Below, in pieces: positions 53,621-61,162 of a stretch of DNA of 64,000 nt; position 1 is the first letter of the stretch; the number at the start of each line of letters is the position of its first letter. Position numbers and translations under genes: made by a program. The notes beneath the pieces are model-generated. The model made no database searches, had not been told where the DNA came from, and saw only the letters and a program-made list of their open reading frames with translations. Source of the DNA: Diplonema japonicum (Eukaryota; Protista; Euglenozoa: Diplonemea); the NCBI GenBank assembly GCA_964019335.1, contig OZ025736.1:310001-374000 (forward strand). Direction: 5' to 3'.

Positions 53621-54982
53621 TTACAATTCATCCTGTCCATGTCCGGTGCTATCCAGACCCGAGTACCCCGTGCTATCCAAACCCGAATACCCTGTGCTGT
53701 CAAGACCGGAGAGCGAGGAGTAAGAAACACTGTTTGAACGAGAGGCGATTTTGCGAGAGGCGGACAAACGCCGTTTCCTGAGCATGGACTTGACCTTCAC
53801 CATGAGGACCACCTTGTTCACGGCGGTCGTGATTTCTGTTTCCGTGACGTTAATAGGAGAGAAGTCCCTAGAACAGGCACCCCTGCCTGCTAGGTAGGGA
53901 TGCGCCAGCACCTCATCAAGCTTAATCCGCGCAAAGGGGTCTTTGTTCAACAGTCTTTTGAGCAGCTCAGCAATTTCGCTTTCTTCCTCTTCATCGTCTC
54001 TTCCAAAAAGGTTGTCACGGTGTACAGACAGAGTGATCCGTCCTATATTGGAACCCTTGAAAGGCAGCTCCCCGTATTTTAAACAAAACAGTGTCACCCC
54101 TAGTGCCCACACATCAACCGCGAAAGGATCGATTTTTACATCTGTTGAGGTACCGAGGGCTTCCGGGGGTGAGAAAGCGGGGGTCCCGTTCCCCCGGAGC
54201 TCTTGGTGGTGGATGAAGCTTGAGACGCCGAAATCCGCTATTTTTATACGCCCGTCTGAAGATTCTAAAAGATTGTCCGGTTTGAGATCTTTGTGGAGAA
54301 CACCTTGCGCGTGGAGATATTGAAGACCGCCTGCCACGTCTGCGAGAAGTCTTTTGAGTTTTTTGTCGGGAAGCGGTGATTTGTCGAGTTTTCCGGAGGC
54401 GAGGAGTGACGCCACGGGGCCGTTTTCGACATGGTCTAGAACAAGGTAAACCTTCTCTGAGGTCTCATCATCAATGACTTCGTGTAGGCGAACAAGGTTC
54501 GGGTGGTTGAGCTTCTTCATGATCGCGATTTCTCGCTTGTACTTTGCCTTGACCCTCGATTTCTGCATGATTTTAATGGCAACTGGATCACCTGTATCGT
54601 CGTTGTAGGCTAGTTTAACCTTTCCGTAGGCGCCCTGCCCTATGTCGGAAATGACCAGGTATTGGTTGATGCTTTTGTTGCCTTCTTCGTCCCTTATTAC
54701 TTCTACAGAGGTTGTTTCTCTCACGAAATGGGGGGGTAGTCGTGCAGCGGGTGAACCTGGAGGCGATGACGGAGACGAAGAACCTTCCGTTTCGAACCCT
54801 GACGATGCTGTTGAGGAGGATCTGAGGTAGTCACGGCTTTGGTTCACGGTTCGTCGCTCTTCCTGCTTCTTGGAAGAGGAGCAGCAGCCTGTGGTGGCGT
54901 AGGCCACCGCAGCGCCCAGTGCCGTTCCCGCTGCCAGAGTGTACTTATATCCGTCCATTTTATGTTGTGGGCTTTCTCCCAT
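53621..54982 (-). CDS. CaMKK/Sak1-like Ser/Thr kinase with an N-terminal hydrophobic anchor
   Basis: Motifs INQY..IGQGAYGKVKLA, VAIK, LHEVIDD, HKDLKPDN, DFGVS, GTPAFSPPE and DVWALG. Confidence 0.85.
   Translation of the reverse strand: MGESPQHKMDGYKYTLAAGTALGAAVAYATTGCCSSSKKQEERRTVNQSRDYLRSSSTASSGFETEGSSSPSSPPGSPAARLPPHFVRETTSVEVIRDEEGNKSINQYLVISDIGQGAYGKVKLAYNDDTGDPVAIKIMQKSRVKAKYKREIAIMKKLNHPNLVRLHEVIDDETSEKVYLVLDHVENGPVASLLASGKLDKSPLPDKKLKRLLADVAGGLQYLHAQGVLHKDLKPDNLLESSDGRIKIADFGVSSFIHHQELRGNGTPAFSPPEALGTSTDVKIDPFAVDVWALGVTLFCLKYGELPFKGSNIGRITLSVHRDNLFGRDDEEEESEIAELLKRLLNKDPFARIKLDEVLAHPYLAGRGACSRDFSPINVTETEITTAVNKVVLMVKVKSMLRKRRLSASRKIASRSNSVSYSSLSGLDSTGYSGLDSTGYSGLDSTGHGQDEL
53643..53712 (-). 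repeat. Three 24-bp coding tandem repeats (SGLDSTGY/H)
   Basis: SGLDSTGY-SGLDSTGY-SGLDSTGH at the kinase C-terminus; the DNA copies differ mostly at synonymous positions. Confidence 0.85.
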
Positions 54983-55804
54983 CGTTTTTTTTTTTTTTTT
55001 GTTTTTCTACTTTTTTCCCCCCCTTCTCCCCCCCCCCGCTCTACCCCCTTGGTTTTTTTTTTTTTTTTTTCTCCCCAGGGTCCTCTTATATCGTGATTAA
55101 AAAGAAGAAGAAAAAAGGAGGGGGGGGGGAAAGAAAATATGAGTGAGGAAAATAATAAAAAAAAAAACATTAAAAAAAAAAAAACAGGAGGGTTTTTGGT
55201 GAGAGGGTCATCAACACTTTTTTTTTATGGATTTTCTTTTTTTTTGTTCTTGATAAAGTAAAGTAAACGCAGGGAGTGAGGGGGGTAATATATAAAAAAA
55301 AGAAATGAAGTTGGACAGAAAGGAGGAAGGTTGGGGGGGGGGGGGGGTAAAGAGGAAAAAAAGAGGGGGTAACGAGGGAAAAAACAAAAGAAAAATATTT
55401 TTCTTCTCATGATTTGTCATTGATAAAAACGCGGGTGGAAAAATAAAATAAAAAATAATTGTGAACAAAAAAATGAAAAAAGGGGGGTTGCTGAAAAAAA
55501 GTATTCTTTTTCGGTATAAAATCGAGAGGAAGAAGAGAAAAGGGGGGAGGGAGAAAAGAAAAAGAAAAAGGGGGAAAAAAAAATGAAATGTATGTAACTA
55601 TGTGTGGTGCCGCAAGTAAAAATAAAAATTATTTCTTTTTTTTTTGTACACGGAAAAAAAAAAAAAAAAAAAAAAAGCAAATCTCCCCTCCCTTTTTTTT
55701 TCCTCTTGAAATGATCTTGCACAAATACACTATTTTCACCCCCTCTTTTTTTTTTCCTTTTTTTTTCTCTCTCTTTTTTTTTTAAAGTCTTATTTATTTG
55801 CGGG

Positions 55805-55837
<33 letters not shown>

Positions 55838-55845
55838 CCCCCTTT

Positions 55846-56678
55846 CTATTCCTTCTTGCTCTTCTTCGACTTCTTAGCCGGCTTTTCATCGACGTCCTCG
55901 GCCTTACGTTTCTTCTCCTTCTTCTCCTTCTTTTCCTTCTTCTCCTTCTTGGGCTTGTCCTGTGTTAAAAAAAAAAAAAAATGATTTTTTTTTTTTAACA
56001 CAAAAAAAAAAAAAAAAAAAAAAAAACACACCTCCACAAAAACGAGCGGCTCAGCCTTTGAAGCATCAGCATCGGCCTGCTTCTCCTCCCTGTTGTAGGT
56101 CTCGTCTCCCTTCTTGTCGGTTTTGGTCTTCTTGCGAAGACCGAATCCAACAGACCCATCAAGGGACATGAGTCTGGCCTCAACCCTCTCTCTGTAGGCG
56201 TTACCAGCCTCAGCAGAAGCAGTAGTGTCCTGGTTGAAGGAGTCGATCCTTGCTGCGAGGGACGTCTTGGCAGCAAGCACACGGGCCATCTTACCCTTGT
56301 GCTCCTTCTGCGCCTGCCCGATAAGGGAGGTGTTGAAGATGAGACCGTACTTAGGGGTTGCCTCACGCGCCTTCAGGGCCTTGAAAAGTGCCTTTTCGGC
56401 ACCGAGCAACTGAACGGTAGAGGCAGGGTGCTTGGCAAGCTGGAGCAGCGATCCCGCCTTTGACACCAAACGAGCTCCAACAAGCTCGCCAACCATGGCA
56501 GTCAGGTTGGGCGCGATGGCCTGCATCCTGTGGCGGAGGTACTCACCAAGCTGCTCCCTGTAGTCTTGCATCTCAACAGACTCCCTTGCAAGCTTGGTCA
56601 CATTGTCAATGTCATCAGTAGAGATGTCAGAACCCATCGACACGGCGGCAACCTATTTTTTTTTTTTTTTTTCTTTCC

Positions 56679-56709
<31 letters not shown>

Positions 56710-57423
56710 ATAAACACCTCCTTAAGGGTCGCTTCGGTTTCTTCGTCAAGGATGTCTGAGAGGTCTGCGGACATGATGCCCTTTCTGGTTTTGCAGTCAC
56801 GGACCACCTTTGCGTAGGCGATGTTGTCCTTGACAATCTTCTGCATTTCAGGGAAGTGCCAGCCGTACCATTCCTTGACCCGCATGACGTAGGTGTTGAG
56901 CTCCTTGTCGAGGTCGTCCATGAGAGCGATGGCCTGGATGATCATAAGATCGATCTTGTCAGGGGAGAACTTCAGTTTGTACCTTGCAAGGTTGTGCGCG
57001 AGGGCGAGGGACGCCTGGTTGTTGGTGGTCTCACTCACACTGTCCACGAGCTCCTTGATCTGGTGGCTGACAGTTCGAAGGACTTCGTTCACCTCGTCAC
57101 CGTGAACACAGGGGATCTCCACCTTTTCCTTGATAGACTTTCCAAGTTTCACATCCCACACTGCAAGCTCGTCTTTGATCCCCTTACCCACATAGTTCTT
57201 TTTCAAAAATTTCTCCAGACCCTTCGAGCAGGTACCGTCCACCAGTGCAGTCACGCTCTCCAGCGCCTCTTTCGTGTCCTGTAAAAAAAAGATTTTTTTA
57301 TTTTTTTTTTTTAAAGTTGCGTACCCTGAACGGCTTGAACGCGGCAAGCTTGAATTTACCCTTATCAGGGTTCACCACCTTCAGAAGGGCGTACCCGGTG
57401 GGCAGTTCGTAAAGGGCGTGCAT
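55846..57423 (-). CDS. NOP58: Nucleolar protein 58 (box C/D snoRNP core protein)
   Basis: Motifs RYKLKFSPDKID..DDLDKELNTY..EWYGWHFPE, ASTVQLLGAEKALF and TPKYGLI, plus a KKE tail. Introns at 57279-57324, 56653-56717 and 55960-56031. Confidence 0.95.
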
Positions 57424-60400
57424 TTTTCTATATTTTTTTTTTCCCTTTTTTTTTTCGCGGGGTGGGGGTGGACCTTTTTTTTTTTTTATATTTAAATTTT
57501 GAATTCCCCCACTCAGGTAGAAAGAAAAAAAAAAGAAAAAAAAGGAAAAAAAAAGGGGGTTGTGGGAAACGAGAAGAGGAATTTCTTTTTTTTTCTTTTT
57601 CATTCTGGGGAAAAGGGAAAAAAAGGGGGGGGGGGAAGCAGGGATATGTGGGCAGACAAAGAAAAATGGGAGGGGAGGGGTGAAACTATGTGCGCAGAGG
57701 GAAAAAGGCAAAAAAAAAAAAGTTTTAAAGAAAACAACGCAAAATGTTTTTAAGGACGAAGTCCTATTTTTTTTTGTGGACAGTTTAAAAAAAAAAAAAA
57801 GTTTTTTTTTTCCCTTTTGGGTCTGTGTGCTATTCTCCACCGCTGTGGCCCTCTACCAAAACTATCTTCCTTAGCCGTCGGTACTCTTTCCTTTGGCGAT
57901 TGCTTTCAAAATTCTAAAGAAAAAAAAAAAAGAAAAATAATAATAGCTTCAGAAGAATCATGGATCAACTAATAAGAAAAAAAAATTCAACTAATGATGG
58001 GGGAAAGCATCGATAGCAGTCCAACCAAATAAAAAACAAGGGGGGGGGAGAGAAAAAAAAGTAGCAGGAATAAATAATCTTCTTCTTCTTTTCTTTAGAT
58101 GTAAAGAAAAGAAAAATGGGAAAAGGGGATGGTAACTGGGGAAGCACCTGTACTAGGTGCATATAGGCACTGCCTAAAACAAAGGGGGGGGGGGGGGGGG
58201 GGGGGCGTGGGACGATAAGGGAAGATAAACGTGAAAAGGGGAAGTATTTTCTTTTTTTCATTTTTCTTCTCATGCATTCGTTCCTAGTGGATAAAAAACA
58301 CAGCTTTTTTTTTTTTTTTTTTTTTTTTGTAGGGGAGAGAGGGGAAAGTGGGGAGGGTATGAAATCCAAAAATTCATTATGGGCTTCTTAAATGCGTTAT
58401 TTTGAACAATTCTGTTTTTTTTTTTCCTTTTTCCTCCTTTTTTTTCTTCTTCCTTCTTTTTCGTGTATTTCCGACCGTAATTTTTCTCATTCACATCCTC
58501 GACCATCATTCCGGCCCCTTTTACTATTATTTTTCAAACACATTACTTCTTCCTTTTTTTTTTCCCCCCTCTTTTTTTTTTTTTTTTTAATTTATTTCAC
58601 TGGGGAGAAAGTGGAAATTAAAAAAAAAAATTCTCTCCCCCCGTTTTCTTTTTTTTTTTTTTTTTTTTTTTTGCAGGCGGGACGTGTTTATAAAACGCAG
58701 TTCGTCCTAATGCCCTGCAGCTCACCAGTCAAGGGAGAAAAAAAAATAATATTTCTTTGCCTCCCTTACGAGTTTGAGACAGTCAAGTTAACACAATTTC
58801 ACACTTTTCTGGAAACTTTTTTCCCCCGTTCCCTTTCTGTCCAGCTCCAACAGGGAGGTTTACTTCGTTTGATTATAGGTGGTGAGGTGGGGGGGGGGGG
58901 GGGAGCGCCAGAACGACAGGGAAAGGGGAAAGAAAAAAAAAGAAACAAAAAGAGAAAGAAATCTTCTTCGCTAGTTTTTTTTTTTTTTGCTAAAATGTTT
59001 CCTTTCTCTCCTTTGTGGCTTGAATGTAAAAAAAAAAAAAACAGTAAGGAGAAAGAACACGAAGAACAGGTAAAAATTTAAAGTAAAATGGGTCGGGGTG
59101 GGGTGGTGTGCAACGTCCTCCCTCCCTTTTTTTATTCTCTCTCTTTCTTTTTTCTCCTCCATACAGCCCGCAAAAGAAGTCTCATAGCACCCACCGGATT
59201 ATAGGTTGTTAGGGGTAAAAAGCCTATGCACTTTTTTTTTCTTTCTTTTTTTCTTTCTTTCTTTCTTTCTGTCTTCTTTCCACTCCTTATCAATAAAACA
59301 AGAGAGATAAAAAAAAATTAAAAAAGAAACATGTGACACACAACAAAGATAGGCACCACAGCGTGTGCAAAGAAGCAAACAGCCGGTAGGGAAGGGAGAG
59401 GGGGTGATGGTCCACCCCTTTGCAGGAGCAAATATTGGTAGAGGGACAGGGGGAGGGGGAATCATGGCATAAGCAATAAAATACTATCAGCTTCACCTTT
59501 TTCAAACCCCGAAGGGGTGGGATCCTTCTCTTTTTTTCATTTTTTTTTTCCATTTTTTTTTCATCTTTTTCCCGTCCCCCCCCCTGTTTCTTTTCTGGGG
59601 GTAAAAAAAAAAAAAGTGCCTCGTTTATTGGGGGGGAAAAAAAGGCACGAAATAAAAAAAAAAAATATAAAAAAAAACTGAAAGTATTGCAGTAACCTAA
59701 ACATGGGGTGAGGAGGGAGGAAGGGAGGGGGGGGGGGGGGGGGGAGATACGAAAAAAGAGAAATACAACAGCGCGGGACTTAAAGTTCATCTTGACGTGG
59801 TTCCCTCCACCGCTTCAACCCTGTTTCACAGTTTCAGTCCACCTTCCAGCCTAACCCCAGGACTCTGAGGTGGCCTCACGAAACGCCAGGGTGGCAGCAA
59901 GGTAGACGGTTGATTGCCTAGAAAAGACTGAGAGTGAGCCAGATATTTTCTTTTAAGGCAAACAAGTAGTTTAGTGCAGTTGTTTCCTCCAATTTTTTTT
60001 TTTTTTGTGCGAACTGCCATTTTTCTTTTTTTTTTTCCCTTTTTTTTTTTAAAGCCTCCCCCGGGGTTTTGTTTCATGCAGGTTTTAGTCCGTGCTTATG
60101 TGGCATGACCCGACCGGTTAACTTTAAAAAAATCTCTATTTTTTTTGTTGGAAAGAAAAGAAATAGGAGAGAAAAAAAAAAAAAGAACACTCAACCTCCC
60201 TTTCACAAGAAACGAAGCCAAGCGCCCTATTCTCTTTTTCGTTTTCTTTTTTTTTTTTCATCTTTTTTTAACCGCCCAGGCCTGACAAATAAAAGATAGG
60301 GGTGGGAGAAAAAAAGAAAAAACCGAAACAAAAGCGCGAGGGGATAAGTAGTTTTAAAAAAGAAAAAAAAAAACTAAAAATTAAAAAAAAAAAAGGTAAG

Positions 60401-60603
60401 AAGAAAAAAAAAAGTGCACACAGTAAGAAGAATTTAGGGGGTGGGGAGGTGAGTGATAAAGGGTGGGGGAATAAAAAAAAAAAAAAAAAAAGGAAAGACT
60501 AATTGTCATTCTTGAAGGGGAATAAAGAAAAAAAAATATCACTATGATTGGAGGGGAAGAGGGAGAGAGAATATTTGTCCAGATGACCCGCCGCAAAAAA
60601 AAA

Positions 60604-61113
60604 AAATAACTATTTATTGCCAACAAATAATGAGTCATTATTTAACTCGAGTTCCCGAATTTTTTGCACGAGGGCCCGCAGGGCCCGAGTGCAAAAAAAC
60701 GGGTAACGAGTGTTAAATAATGGCTCATTTGGCGGCAAGTAAGTCGTTTTATTTCACTCTTCGTCATTTGAGTCACTCACTCTTCACTGCTTTCACTGCT
60801 GTTTTTTTTCACGCAGGTCAGCCTTTTTGGGGAGTTTCCTAAGGTAATATGGGGTTGCTATTTCGCCGTGGCATTTAAAGGGAAAGTAAGGCACTTATTC
60901 CCACTTTTAAGGGCTGGAATGGCCTCAGATGGCCAAAAATAGTCAAAATCCCACCCCAAAAAAATTTTTCAAGGGGTTGGGTGCATTTTTTTCCACGGCC
61001 TAGTTAAATAATGGCGATTTCGCGTTAAATAATGGCCGTTTCGCGTTAAATAATGGCCATTTCGCGTTAAATAATGAGGCCCCTAGTGAGTGAAGAAAAT
61101 GACGAAGAGTGAA
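60604..61113. mobile_element. Non-coding palindromic element with an inverted repeat pair and 21-bp tandem repeats
   Basis: A ~150-bp imperfect hairpin centred on GGGCCC-GCA-GGGCCC; inverted repeats at 60753-60781 and 61085-61113; about 3.5 copies of GTTAAATAATGGCNNTTTCGC at 61003-61077. Confidence 0.55.
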
Positions 61114-61162
61114 GAAAAAAAAAAGAAAAAAAAAAAAAAAAAAAAAAAAAAAACACTGTTTT

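Noticed and set aside
53621-53635. C-terminal QDEL as an ER-retention signal
   Set aside because: The kinase domain is expected to be cytosolic, so the match is probably coincidental.
58392-59081. 229-aa plus-strand ORF and many similar Phe/Lys/Gly/Pro-rich ORFs
   Set aside because: These are translations of homopolymer tracts with no protein-like content.
61003-61077. Short repeats as a possible CRISPR array
   Set aside because: The repeats are head-to-tail with no unique spacers, there are no cas genes and the context is eukaryotic.
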